The position numbers and the translations under genes are program-made. The notes under the pieces were generated by a model. It was not told the DNA's origin and ran no database searches. It saw only the letters and a program-made list of their open reading frames with translations. A stretch of DNA of 64,000 bases from the human T2T-CHM13v2.0 reference genome, Homo sapiens. Each line of letters opens with the position of its first letter. The stretch's first letter is position 1. The stretch lies in assembly GCF_009914755.1 (NCBI RefSeq), contig NC_060926.1; one strand, 5' to 3'. Of the stretch, positions 48,054 through 61,245 are shown in pieces.

Positions 48054-48104
48054 ATGCCCGGAGGCCGGCCGGCAGCAGCATGGCTCACGGGCCCGGCGCG
48101 CTGA
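48054..48104 (+). other. Overlapping out-of-frame uORF in the RHOQ leader ([16 protein letters not shown])
   Basis: ACCATGC at 48051-48057, 26 nt upstream of the main ATG; stop TGA at 48102-48104. Confidence 0.6.
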
Positions 48105-48221
48105 TGCTCAAGTGCGTGGTGGTCGGCGACGGGGCGGTGGGCAAGACGTGCCTACTCATGAGCTATGCCAACGACGCCTTCCCGGAGGAGTACGTGCCCA
48201 CCGTCTTCGACCACTACGCAG
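48080..48221 (+). CDS. RHOQ: Rho-related GTPase RhoQ (TC10), coding exon 1 (142 nt)
   Basis: [47 protein letters not shown] contains the P-loop GDGAVGKT and switch I YVPTVFD; donor CAG|GTAAGC. Confidence 0.97.
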
Positions 48222-48786
48222 GTAAGCCTCGGAACTGCTGACTAAGGGGCCGCTCCCCGGGCCGGGAACTTTGGAGCAACTTTGGCGGAGCCCCCTCGCC
48301 GCCTCCCCAGAGCGCACTCCTCTCCCCTCCCCCGCCGCGCCCTCTGCCAGGCGGCCGGCCCCACCCCCGAAGCTTCGCTCCTGGCAACCCCTCGCCCGCT
48401 GATCCACCCCCTCTCCCACCCGCCCCCTACGCGGCTCCTGCTCCCCGCACTTCCTACCCCTCGGCGCCCTGGGCCGTCCTCCTTGACCTTCCCACATCCC
48501 CTTTCCTACTGCCCCAAGGCCCCGGGGGAAATATTCGAGGGGACCGAGCGAGACGTGGCTACGGGACTTGGGAGAAGGGGGTGGACGGCTGGGGACCACA
48601 TCACACCCCGGCCCTTTGCCGGTTCACAGTGAGCTGGCCGCACGGGAAAAGGGGGTGACATCTCGCGGGGAGCGCCCCCACGCCTCTAGCTGGGTTGGGA
48701 GAGGAGGGTCCGGGTGGGGAGCGAAATTGCCCCAGAGCCCAGGTCACTGTGAGCTTCTCTCCCCGCCCCCACTTCTGTCCTTGCAG

Positions 48787-48845
48787 TCAGCGTCACCGTG
48801 GGGGGCAAGCAGTACCTCCTAGGACTCTATGACACGGCCGGACAG
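48787..48845 (+). CDS. RHOQ: RhoQ coding exon 2 (59 nt); the CDS continues beyond the window
   Basis: Acceptor cttctgtccttgcAG, phase matches exon 1, encodes (V)SVTVGGKQYLLGLYDTAGQ (G3 box DTAGQ); donor CAG|GTGAGT. Confidence 0.97.
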
Positions 48846-50559
48846 GTGAGTGTCTTGGCCTCTGGCCGACGCCCCCCTCCTGTTCCCCAGTTCTTTGTGG
48901 CTGCGAAGGGCCTTTGGAAACCGAGGTGTCTAGGTGGGAGGGTGTGTCTGCGACGGGCTTCCCCTGGATTAGGTCTTTATTTCTTGTAACAAGTCAGCAA
49001 ATTAGGAAAACAAACAAAACAAACAGACCCGGATAAGCCCCCCCCATGTGAACCCCTGGGCTGTGAAAGTTTTTGCCTGTGTGGGTCGTTCTGTGTGGCG
49101 CCTGGTGTGTGGGTCCCAACTCCTGTTGCAAAGTGGCAGCAGCCAATCATGAAGCGCCCTTATTTTTAGTTGCAGATGACCAGGTCTCCCCCCCACAGCC
49201 TCTGTCTGGTCCCTCATTGGTGAGTGGTCTGCCTGCCCAAGGAGCCTGATTGGTGGGAAATGGCATCATCTAATATGATGGGAAGGCATTTGGTCCTGGT
49301 TATGTTTATTACAACATCATTGCACTCTGGGACTCCAGTCCCTGAAAACGTAATTTGTGGTGTTACCAAAGGACCACAGGGAAAAAAGAAAAGAAACAAC
49401 AACCATGTAGCCACTCCCTGGGGTGGGGAGGAAGGGTTAGGAGTTTAGAGTGAATCTTGGAGGAGGAGGGGTTCCCCCCGGCCCTACTTCAGAAGGGCCA
49501 GGTGACTTTGTCTGGGTTTTCTTTGGGAGAGATTAATTGTGCAGAAAGAAGATGCACACTTTGCCCTGCAGCCTCTGGCCAGGGTTTGCACATCAGAGGT
49601 GGCCAGGCTGTGCTTCTAAAGGGCCAAGGTCTTCTCTCTGTCTCCCTGTCCCAGCTTCAGCCTCTTCCCAAACCCACTTTTGCTCTGGGGATAAGTTGTG
49701 TGTGATGAATTTTGTAGAATCCAGCACTATGATTAGAGTTGAAGACTCTGGCAGAAGTTTCCACATGTCATACAGACTTACATCCTTGAGAACACAGGAG
49801 CAGCTGAAAGTCTTAGAGAATGTCTTTGGGGGAAGTCCAGTAGTAGAATTTCCTTATCTGCAAAATGGGGTTTAAAAAAATAAGATGATCCCCTGGTGCA
49901 GATATTGTATGGCAAATGTTTAGCATTGAACCTGGCACACACTAGGTGCTCAATAAAGGGAGTGATGTACTTTGAAGCTTGTCTAGATTTGGATTTCAGA
50001 ACTGTGATTAGAGTTTAGGTTGGATTCTGAAACATGCCTTATTGAGGGGGAGTGCCTTGATGTGACCTCTGGTTTCTAAACTGTTAGAGGAACGTCTGAA
50101 GATAGAGAACTGCTGGCAGTTCAAGGTCCCTGAGACCACCCCCTTTCACCAAAATGGCCCAGGTCAGTACAGCCAGTTCTCAGCTCTCCTGGGCCCCCAT
50201 TGGTTGCCTGCCCTGTAGTCGTTATTCCTTCTACCTTCATTGGAGGATGTGGAGGGCAAGGGGCAGAGCTTGCTCAATCAACTAAGACTGACTTTTAAGT
50301 CGTATTATTGATAAACAAGAGGTTGACCTTATTGGTTGAAAAGAGGAAGCTTTTAAAAAATCGCCTCTAATTTGAACTTCTCACTACCTTCCTTTCTCTT
50401 ATCTCCTTTACTTGTGACCATGATAATTTTTGACCGCACTCCCTGTTCAACAGGATGTGTGTAGTCAGAGCTGTTCTGAGTATGTTTAAACCCTGCTAGT
50501 ATTTACTGAGTTTTTTCCTACATATGGGGCCAGAGGCAGCCACATGCAAATATTATTTT

Positions 50560-50710
50560 ATTTAGTCCATAAAACAACCCCATGAGATAGGTGGTATTTC
50601 ATCTTTGCGGTGAGGAAACAGGCTCAGAGAAGCTAGGTTGCTTGCCTGAGGTCACACAGCTACTGAGGGGTGTTGCTAGGATTGGGACAGGGGTCTGAAT
50701 CTGCTCCAGT
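50560..50710 (-). mobile_element. MIR SINE
   Basis: gtgaggaaacaggctcagaga...cttgcctgaggtcacacagcta. Confidence 0.7.
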
Positions 50711-51449
50711 TTGAAGTAGTTATACACACAGGACACCATGGGAATGCTGAGATGCCACGGGGTTGATTGGATTGTTTGTGCATCCATAGTTGTGGTACCT
50801 GTAATCTTCACAGCCATTCTCTGAGTGGGTGTTGGATGGCACCTCTACAGAGGAGAGAACTTAGATCCAGAGTCACTTGAAGTTGACCCCACTTACAAAA
50901 CCAGGGCTTTCCATATATGGCCGTAATTACTCTTTTTAGTGGAGGATCATAAGATATAGACCAAGCAGGATGAACATATTAGTAAGGCTCAAATACTACT
51001 GTTTTCACCCAATGCTGGACACCATTGGTGGGGCCTAGATGTGTGTTAGGCCCCATTGGTGTTTTTCCCAGTGTCTAGACTTTTGTTTTTGCATCAAAGC
51101 TAGTAATATTTCATCTCCCAGCATTTGAGGGTTTATTACTAATAAGCAACTTAGCAATGATGAGACCAAATGGCAAGTGCCTGCTGTGTACCTGGTACTA
51201 TGTCCAGGTACTTTTGCACCTGGGGAGTGCAAAGGAATGAATTTAAAATGGGGATCTACCACAGCTGATGTCAGCAAAGGGAGAAATGTCTGTCTCGGGT
51301 CTCTGTTCATGTGTTACATAGGAGATCTCTACATTGCACTTGGTCATTAAGACCTCAGGCTTCTAGGAATCCATATCAGATTTGTCTTACAATAATAACA
51401 ATGATAAATAAACATGTAAATAAAAAGTAAATAAAAAACATTAAGGGTT

Positions 51450-51478
51450 TATATATATATATATGTATCCGTATACAC

Positions 51479-51520
<42 letters not shown>
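51450..51520 (+). repeat. (TA)n microsatellite
   Basis: Directly visible. Confidence 0.95.
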
Positions 51521-51521
<1 letters not shown>

Positions 51522-54500
51522 AATCCTTAAGCCTAGTGGGCAGCAGAGAAAGGTCCATGGGCTTTGGAACAAAACAGGCCTGGGCTCAGATCTCCACCTT
51601 AGCTAGTCATGTGATTCTAGCTAAATTATTTACCTTTGTGATCTAGTAAAAACGTGAATAATTAGAATCTGCATTACAAGGTCATAGGCTGGCTTAAACT
51701 CTTTAACATATTTAAAAGCAGCTGATACTTTGTGCATAGTGGGTGAGTGACAAATAGTACAGGAAATTATTATATTCCACTATGGGGAGTTTTGTGGGGA
51801 GAAAGGTTCACAGAGTGGAAGAGAACAGTATATTGTGCCTGGAGTTGATAGAAATTCCACTAGAATGCCAGATCCTAGAACCTTTTCAACCAAGGTGTGC
51901 AACAGCTTTGCGCATTGTAATTCCCATAGTCCCTATTGTGGGATCCATGGTTCCAAGCCCAGTGCTCCCTGCCGTAAATGCCCTGTTGTATCAGATGGTT
52001 TTCTGTCTTAAGCAGAGCCCGTATCCCCATTGATAGAAGAGAAATAGCTTAGAGTTCCATGCAGAATTTGACAGACAAGTAGGGTATGTAGGCTTCAGTT
52101 GGTTCTACTTTCAGAGAGTTAAGATGGAATGAGGCAGCTCATGGCACTACAGGTCAGTTGCCTTCTCTCCAAAATGTTCACTCATGCATGTGGGCACTCA
52201 TTGTATTTGAATAACAGCAACAGTGCCTCCCTCAGTTTGGAACCTCTAGTCCACTTGCTCACTCATGGTCCCTGCCTTAACCCCAGTCAAGTTCAAAGCC
52301 ATAGGCATCATTTGTCCGACTGACATATTAGGGCATCTACCAGTCAAAGGGTGATTGTTGTAGATGACCTTTGGCCTTCTAGAGCAGGCTGCTTTCCACT
52401 TGACCTCTGCTGCTATTAGCAGACAAAGAGAGAGAATGGGAGAGGGAGTGTATTGGACTTCAGTCCCCATCATGTGCACTGCCTGGGGACATCCCAGCAC
52501 ACTCAGAGCACCACTGCCAAAGGGAACACTTCCCCTCTGTTGGCCAAGCCCATGGGTGGTCCAGGAGCAGCTGTCACATTTTGACTGCCAAGCATTTTGG
52601 AGTGGAAGTTGACCGAGGCATCTTCCTTCTCACTAGGGGCCTTGCGTGTGTTTTGGGGGTGAGGGGTTGGCTTCCTGCCTGGGCCTCTGTGGAGCTTCTC
52701 CTTTCTTGCCCAGCCTTCAGGACTTCAGTGTAGGCTCTGCAGCAACCCCATTGTCTGCTCAAGGAGGGACTGGAGAGATGGGATTTTCCCTCCTGCTACT
52801 GCACTGTTTGGAGCGATGGGAAGTGGAAAGAGCTCTCCCTCTCTGTCCAGACAGGCCAGTGGGGAGCTGCCTGGCAAGCTGCTCTCTAGCTGTGGGCTCT
52901 AGGCTGATCTCTTAATCCTTGGCAGGAAGGCAGAACTTGATACCCTGGAGAGGGAAGGACTGAAGCCCAGTTTATTCAGGTCCCAGAATATCCACACTCA
53001 GGAGGATGTGTGTTGGGGGTGAATTTGGGATCCCTAGAGTTCCAGATTTAGCCACTGTCTCAGTGTGTGGAAGTCAATTTGTGTGCTTTGGGATGTATTG
53101 TTTCTATGTCTGTTAACTTAAACACACAAGTTCAGGGAAGCGTCCATGACAGCTATAAATATCTTTTACTCTGGTGTCCCTTGGTGTTGCTTTTTCAATG
53201 ACAAGTGAGATTTGTTTTACACTTGATATAACCCAGCAGCTGTGGCTGCCCTGCATGCCCTCTGGGTGCCCACAAGGCACTTCCCCTACAGAAGGGAATC
53301 TCCACCGGAGGCAGGCTTGGCATGCCCCACCTTCTGCATTTTAGCAGAAGGGCCTGGCATGATGAGAAAAGGGAAGGAGAAAGGGCCATGGGATCACCAC
53401 TCACCAGGCTCCTCCCACCTCCAGGCAAGTCATCCTCACAACACCCTTCAAGGTAGACTTCTCCCAGATGAGGAAATTGGGAACAAGTGGGCTTATGGGA
53501 ACCAGACAGAGATGTGATTAGGAAAAAGGTTTTCTACTTTGGAGAAGGCCTGCAGGGAACATTAGTAGGGTTTAGGAAATGCCACTCACAACATCAGACT
53601 CTGGGTCCTTGTAGCCCCGTGTTCCATCCTTGCTCAGCCCGGTGAGCAGAGCCTGGGAGGAGCCCCAGGGTTCCTTCCAGGCATCAGCTGCAACAGGTGA
53701 GATGCTGGCACTGAGCATCCTGGTTTCCCTTAGTAACCTACTGTAGATTTGTCATGTGTGCATTTTGCTAACCTTTTTAGAAGCTATTTATATCTCTAGC
53801 CCACACCGCATCACACGGGAATGCTGGTTTCCTCCTCTGCGTTGGGAAGGTGGATAGCCTTTGTTGACTCCAAAGCCTTTGCTGTGTTCGCTCCAAAGTC
53901 TGAATGCCCTGTGTTCCCCTCCTTGGGACTCTGATGTGGGTTTGGGTTATGCCAGCTTAGACTGTGGGCTGGCAGGCAGGGACTTTAGGGTGGGGGCAGT
54001 CCCCACCAGCTCTCGTTGGTCTACAATTATGCCTCATAATCGGGCACATAATCTGTGCCCCATCCCCATCCTGGACCTTTGATCTGTTTGGCTTCTCCAC
54101 TTCCATCATGATTCTCCTGAGGTTTGGTGACATTCCCACGCTTTGAACGACAGCTTCCCCGCAGGTATCTCAAGCATGAGTGTTACAGGTGTGCTGAGAT
54201 GCCAAGCTCTCATCTCTGAGGGGCCGGGGGAGTGACAGCCTAAGGGGGTTGAGCATGTATTGTCAGTTGCTGTGGGTGCTGTGATGTGAAAAAGGTGGGA
54301 AGCATTGCTTTAAGCCCCTCGGGGTCAGAGGCCCCATGGAGAATTGGGCTTTTGCGGTTTTGTTGTGCAGTTTGGGGTTTCAAGAGATGAGATCTAATGG
54401 TATGAAAACAAAGCCAACAAAGTAGCTCTCCACGGGGGTGTCCGTTTCCAGAAAGAGCACATGTGTTGGCAGCTGTGGGTGCTACAGAGGCCTCAGACAC

Positions 54501-54925
54501 AACAGCAATGCTTCAGCAGGAGAGGGACGCAGTTACAAAGAAACAAGATGGAAGACCATGTGTGGCTCTTAAAAATTAAAATTCCTGATTCTCAGCTGTA
54601 TTTCCTTTCTCTCTGACAGGCTTGGCTTTGCCCTAATTTGGCACACTTGGGTCAGAGAGCAGCTTTCCTTGCCCTCAGCAATTTGTCATTCCTCTTTTGG
54701 TTTCTGAGCACAGCTGCTTTGCATGTACGGAGGCTGGGCTGTCTGAGCTCTCAGGGGTCCCCCGGCTCCCTGGGTAGAACGCTCTCCTGCCCAGTGCCTG
54801 CCAGGACCTCCTGGATGCGTTCTTGCTCTCTTCAAGAACAGTGTCTTTCTCTACCATGTTGCAGTGCTCAGCCCAGTGCCTGCTACCTTGTAGGCATGCA
54901 ACAAATACATCTTAAGGGGATTCAT

Positions 54926-55239
54926 GGCCAGGCAGGGTGGCATGTTCTTGTCTGTAATCTCAGTACTTTGGGAGGCCAAGGCTGGAGGATCATTTGAGGT
55001 CAGGAGTTCAAGACGAGCCTGGACAACACAACAAGACCCCCAATTCTACTAAATTTTTTTTTTTAATTAGCCAGATGTGGTAATGCATGCCTCTGTAGTC
55101 CCAGCTACTCAGGAGGCTGAGGTGGGAGGATCACTTGAGTGCAGGAATTCAAAGCTGCAGTGAGCTATAATACAAGGCTTCATTGCACTCCAGCCTAGGC
55201 ATTAGAGCGAGACCGTGTTTATTTAAAAAAAAAAAAAAA
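54926..55239 (+). mobile_element. AluJ element
   Basis: Diverged dimer with A tail. Confidence 0.88.
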
Positions 55240-57996
55240 GAATTGATTCTCATTTGACTGTCAGCTTGTTTCTGCTAAAAGGTTAACCAAGGACTAAAGT
55301 CATAGCTGCTAAATAATAGCATCAGCACAACCCCTTTTCCAGGAAAGCTTCACTAATACAGTAGAAGTCTTTAAGGTTCAAAGGAGAAACAGGCACATAG
55401 GTATGGGGCAGGCCATCAGTTTTGTCTTTACACAGGCCCAGGGGCCTTAGTGATCACCAGTGGGGCTGTCTGTCCCCCAACACTCTGTCTCAGACTCCGG
55501 CCTTTGCATGTTTCCTGAGACCTCTTGCTCCCAGATCCTCTGAGGAGGAGACAGGTTGGCAGTGGAAAGAGTGTGGGTTTTGGAGCCTCCAGATGAACTT
55601 CGAATCCTAGTTCTACCTCTTTGTAGCTGTGAGACATCGGCCAGCCGGCTCACTTCTGTGAGCCTCTCTTCCTTCTGTGTGAAGTGTGGAGATAATTTAT
55701 ACCCTGCAGCATAGCTGTAAGGATTAGAAATGATGTATGTCGTTACCCTGTAGGGCTTGGTGCTGAGAGTGCGGGCCCAGGCTAGCTTTGGGGGCTTCAC
55801 ACTGGCTCAGTTCGGTTGGTGTTGATTCAATGCCTGGTGTGTGTTCCCACCTTCCACAGGAGAAGGTGGGGGATCGGGCCACAGAAAGGTCCACTACACA
55901 ACTGGGCAAGTTCATCGTGTGAAATTGAGTGCTGCAGGGTCCCACACAGGAAGAGGTGACAGGGAGGAGCTTTTTGGAAGATCTAGGCTTGCAGGAAGAG
56001 ATGGGGGCCAGTAGAGTACTGGTTGCCAGTGTGGACCCCCACACTGGACTGCCAGGGCCCAACTTCAGCTCTGCCACTTCCCAGCAAGGGGCTTAACCTT
56101 CGGAAACCTGTTTCCTTATCTGTCAGATGGAGATTATGATAGTACCTCCTTGTGGGGTTGTTAGATATGTTGGAGCTTCCCAGCTCCCAGATAAGGGATT
56201 TCCTCAGCCCTCAGGGCAGCTGGGTAGGGCCTGGGACAAGCCATGGCTCAGGTTGTCCTAGCTTGAGCAGTCTCACCTCAGGCATGCAGCAGTGGCTCCT
56301 CTACTCCACCCGATGTGTGCTGAACACATCATCTCATTTTCTCTGTGTGCCATGAGGTGAAGATTTGGGAAGCATTGACCTAAATGAGTTCCAGCAGGCA
56401 GAGGGGTGTGGAGAGCTCATATTCTGAGTGGGAAGAATAGTGTAGGGAGGAACGGCAGAGGGGGTGACCCCAAAGCGTCTTTTTATGGACCCCAGATCCC
56501 TGCTATCAGTGTCAACATGTGGAGCAGGGTTGATAACTAAATTATGGAGTTTTTCACCTGGTGACTGACAACTTGGTAATTAAAGAGATATTAATCTGGT
56601 GCTGTGTTGCTGGTTGATTTTAATAGAAAGAAAAGAATGTGGGGAAAGGGGTCTTTATTGCTGTCTCTGTTCCTTTTTGAGTGAATGGTGAGAGCACTGA
56701 AGCAGCCGCCTCTCCAGATCCCTAGATTTTCCTGCTCTACTCAGGCTCAGGGTAGACTGAGGGGCTTAAAAGTGGCAGGCTCATCATCAAATGACATTTT
56801 TACAGCACATAAAGCATGTCGCACCTGGTACCGCCTTGAGTTCCCTCACCTGCTCTGTGAGTAAAGGAAGCCAGTGGTGGCTGTCTCATTTTGCAGATCT
56901 GGGGAGGTTAAATGACTCGCTCCAGGCCACACGGTTGGTAAAAGGCAAAGCCGAGATCACCAGGCAGGCTGTCGGACTTTAAGCCCTGGGTTCTTGATGT
57001 TAAGTCACTCTCCCTAATCATCTGGCCCATGTTAAATGCCTCTTTTATCACATGCACTGTTGTTCAGCGTTTCATGTAAAAGGTACATTCCAAGCGTATC
57101 GCTTTTCTAGCTAGAAGAGATGGTGGAACATTGTGTATAGGTGGAACACGTAGGGACGGCTGCTAAAACGGCTCCTACAAAGACTTCTGCCCCACGTGAC
57201 GTTACGGGTGTTTTGTCACTTTGTCCCTAAACCACCATGCTTCCTCAAAAAGGAGCAGGCCCGAGGTGGCGCTGATGGCCCCATTGCTCAAGTACGTGTG
57301 GAGGAAGCTCATGCCATTTGCCTAAAGCTGTGGCCCCTTCCCAGAAGAGAGGGACAGGGAAATGCTGTTTGGGGGGCTGCCAGGCGGGCCAGCTTTAGCC
57401 TGCAAATGACGGGTGTCGTTTGTGTCCCATGGGGGCTACCTCAGGCCTTTCCTTTCTCCCTTCAAGGATTTTCTTATTCAGGGGAAGCCTACCTCTGCAA
57501 AACTGTTTGTCCCTCCTTCATCTGAATATTCTCTAAATATGGCGCAAAACTTCCTCTGCCACCTGCTGCTCATATTGTTTGCCCTCTTGGGCCATCCCCA
57601 TTGCCACCACCTCTGCATGGGCTCCCAAATCCTGCCTGGCTGCTTCCTGTGGTGGCTGGCAAGCCTAGAAGAGAACATTCATCCAGTCAGTCAACATACA
57701 TTTCCTGAGCACCAGATCTGGGCCAGGGGCAGGTGTTAGAAGATCTGTCAGGCACAGGCCTGGCCCCCAGAGGCACAGTGTTTTGAAGGGTAGGTCAACC
57801 ATGAGTGGTGGGAGGGCAGTGGGGCCTATTTATTGGGGGCACAGAGGAGGAAGGCTTATCCTTCCAAGGAGGTGAAATGCTAGTAAGAGTTAAGTTGAGT
57901 AAGGTTGTTTCCACGAAAGTTGTTTTTTAGCTGGAGAAAGTGATCAGTTTGGATTCTTACACGTACTAGATGCTCAGCGAGGCCTTGAATGGTGGC

Positions 57997-58164
57997 ACTG
58001 GTTCTCAAAGTGTGATCCTCAAACCAACATGGATTTCCTGGGAACTTGTTAGACATCCAAATTCTTAGGCTCTATCCCAAATCCTCTGAATGAAAAACTA
58101 AGAAATCTCTTTTATAAAAGCCCTTCAGGTGATTGTGACGCAGGCTAAACTTTCAGAGTCACTG
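57997..58164. mobile_element. MER5A-type hAT MITE
   Basis: cactggttctcaaagtgtg...aaactttcagagtcactg ends. Confidence 0.65.
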
Positions 58165-58289
58165 AATTAATGACTGTGCACTTCTGTACCTGCTCTTTGC
58201 AACCCATCTCCACCCCCTGCCCCCTCCCTCCCTACCACATCCACCGCTGTCTTACATACACACTGTCCCTGGAGTGCAGAGAACATGAC

Positions 58290-59095
58290 TTATTTTATTC
58301 TTTTTTTTATTTTTTCAATTTTTAAAAAAATGTTGTGGGTGTATAGTAGGCGTAAACATTTGTGGGGCACATGAAATGTTTAGATACAGGCATGCAATGT
58401 GAAATAAGCACATCATGGAGAATAGGGTATCCATCCCCTCAAGCAGTTACTCTTTGTGCTACAAACAATCCAATTACAGTCTTTGAGTTATTTTTAAATG
58501 TACAGTTGCATTATTATTGACTATAGTCACCCTGTTGTGCCATCAAATAGTGTCATGTCTTTTTCGAACTTTTTTTTTTTTTTGAGACAGAGTCTCGCTC
58601 TATCGCCCAGGCTGGAGTGCAGTGGCACGGTCTTGGCTCACTCAACCTCCACCTCCTGGGTTCAAGCAATTCTCCTGTCTCAGCCTCCCAAGTAGCTGGG
58701 ACTACAGGTGCCCGCCACCATGCCCAGCTAATTTTGGTATTTTAGTAGAGACAGGGTTTCACCATATTGGCCAGGCTGGTCCCGAACTTCTGACCTTGTG
58801 ATCCGCCCACTTCAGCCTCCCAAAGTGCTGGGATTACAGGCGTGAGCCACCGTGCCTGGCCCTAACTATTTTTTTGTACCCATTAACCATCCCTACCTCC
58901 CGCCAAACCCCCAACTACACATCCCAGCCTCTGGTACCCATCCTTCTACTCCCTATGTCCATGAGTTCAATTGTTTTGATTTTTAAGATCCTACAAATAA
59001 GTGAGAATACGTGATGTTTGTCTTTCTGTTGCTGGCTTATTTTACTTAATCATCTCCAGTTCTATCCATGTTGTTGCAAATGACAGGATCTCATT
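58290..59095 (-). mobile_element. L1MA-type 3' end interrupted by an AluS (about 58569-58861)
   Basis: Antisense L1MA 3'UTR (agatacaggcatgcaatgtgaaataag...) flanking a full Alu. Confidence 0.82.
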
Positions 59096-60964
59096 GTGTG
59101 TGTGTGTTTTTTTTTTTTAATTTATAAATTTTTAAACCCCCAGCCCCACAAAACACACCCCCATATACCCTCATTTCTAGTTCTTTACACATGGTTGAGA
59201 TTATCCGTAATTACTGGAATGAATTGAATGATTCAGCCATGGGTGCTCCCTATCCAGTTCACCTGGTGGAGAAGGGCCGCAGTGCTATCAGGAGAAAAAA
59301 AATGGAAGCAGAATTTTTTGTGGGGTGCCTTGGCTCCATTAGTGTGCTATGTGGCCTAGGGCTGTGCGCCCAGTAGGCTCTGCAGGTATTTCTTGATGCG
59401 GCCTAAACACCAAGCTATTTCTCTCCCGCATATTAAGGGGCTCGATAGACAGGACGCCTGGACAGGGCTCTGTTCATTGTGGCTGAGGTTAGCACTCCTC
59501 TGGGTGGTGACAGACCCTGTCCCTGAGAAGGATGGCAGCTTGGTTTGTGCTAAATTAGTTCCAAAGCATCAGATGGGCAATGACGTCCTTTCTGTGTTAA
59601 CATTCCCCAGGCGGGTCACAAGGAGTGGCTGAAGGGAGAGGAAGGGCTGTGTTACTCAAACACCCATCTTGCCAGTAATTACTTCTTTCCTGGCTGACCT
59701 CTGCTTTCTGTGCAAGTGTTCTCCCCTCCCTTTATTCTCCTGCGCCTGCTCTTTTACATTTTTTTCTTTCTTTCTTTTTTTTTTTTTTTCAAATTTGTTC
59801 CAATCTAGAAAACCCATCCTCTTTCAAATGGCATAATGGTTGGGATTATAAATGAGTTGGCTCAAAGTGTGCCCCCTCTAGGAGCAGCCACTGAGAGAGC
59901 ATTTAATTTTGAGCATCCAGTTCAATTAAAATTCCATTTAATCCAGCTTACTTTTCACAGAGTTGTCTTCCCCAGTGAGCTGATTACCTGGAGGTGTTTC
60001 CACCAGCCTCCTTGGCCCTGGAGGAATGGGGAAGGGACTGGACACGAGGAGGGACAGAGCAGGCAGATGGGGGCTCTGCTTCCTTCGGACAGGGACTTCG
60101 TCCAACAGGCGAGAGCTTTGGGTATTCATCCACTGCAGAAAGTGAGAAGTCCAACTGAGGCTGAGGCACCCCATGACCTCCTCACCTCTGACTCCGGCCC
60201 TCTAGTGGTCGAGTCCCTCCTTAGAATTTCCACTAAGTGAATTGTCTCCAGGCTGCACTCTAGCATTTGGTTTTATTCATGTGTAAATCTTTGCTCCCCA
60301 TGCAGATTGTAAACTCTTCCCCTTGCCGTCCCTGCAGGACTGCACGTAGCACATAGCACTTTGCACAAGTGTTGGGGGCCCCAGTAGGAACTAGGTGTGT
60401 GTTAAATTTAGGGGAGTCTGGTGGTAAGATTATTATGGAAAGAACCTTTCCCATCACTTTATATCATATCCATATTGGCTTTCCTATCAGCTCATTTGAG
60501 AGGAAATTCTGACCTGTCTGGACATTATTGAGTGGCTTTAAAGCAGGTTATAGGTGGCGATTTGAATACATTGACCATTTAAGCAAAGTGGGACTCATTT
60601 CTGGACTCACAGAGCTCATTAAGCAGACAGGCTGCCAGGTCTGTTTGGATGAAATACTGGCTATGCGCATGTACTGTTCTCCAGCAAGTCTAGACCTGTA
60701 GGAGTCCTTCACTGGGCTTTATGTCAGGTGTGCTTCCAGAGTGGCCTGTGGCCCTCTGTGATAAGTCGGTAGGAGGGGGACATGGTGAGGATGCTGACCT
60801 GCTCACTTGTGTCTTGACTGGGAGACCGGAATGCCTCCTGTTGTCTGAACAAGCTAGTATGGAAGTAGCATCTAGGCAAGCTGGTGTTAAGACGCAAGTA
60901 ATTACTCAGAGAAATTGCTGGTGTGTCAAACTGCTTGATATGTAAGTTTCCTCCTCTTTCCTTT

Positions 60965-61245
60965 GTTTTATTTTTTGAGGCATAATTCAGAGAACACTTT
61001 CATCACCCCAGAACGAAACCCCATACCCACCGACAGTCACTCCCCACCATTCCTCCTCCCCCGTCTCCTGGCAACCACTAATCTGTCTTTCTGTTTCTAT
61101 GGATTTACCTATTCTGGACATTTCATATTAATGGAATCCTGCAATGTTTGCCCTTTGTGTCTGGCTTCTTTCACTTAGCATAACGTTTTCTAAGGTTCAT
61201 CCATGTTGTAGAAGGTATCAACATTCCATTCCTTTTTATGGCTCT
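60965..61245 (-). mobile_element. Old L1 3' fragment
   Basis: ggcaaccactaatctg...ttcacttagcataacgttttc motif. Confidence 0.7.

Larger units (their letters stand above)
46700..49000. promoter_or_regulatory. CpG island / bidirectional promoter shared by RHOQ and ATP6V1E2
   Basis: Very GC- and CpG-rich core at about 47360-48560, several GGGGCGGGG Sp1 boxes, no TATA box, genes diverge from it. Confidence 0.9.

Noticed and set aside
47268-48632. Long overlapping ORFs (250, 242, 292, 147 aa) on both strands of the CpG island
   Set aside because: Low-complexity Arg/Gly/Pro/Ala products expected from stop-poor GC-rich DNA; only the part from 48080 is recognisable RhoQ
48787-48790. Alternative acceptor 4 nt downstream (cag|TCAG) in RHOQ exon 2
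   Set aside because: Would shift the frame; no evidence of use from sequence alone
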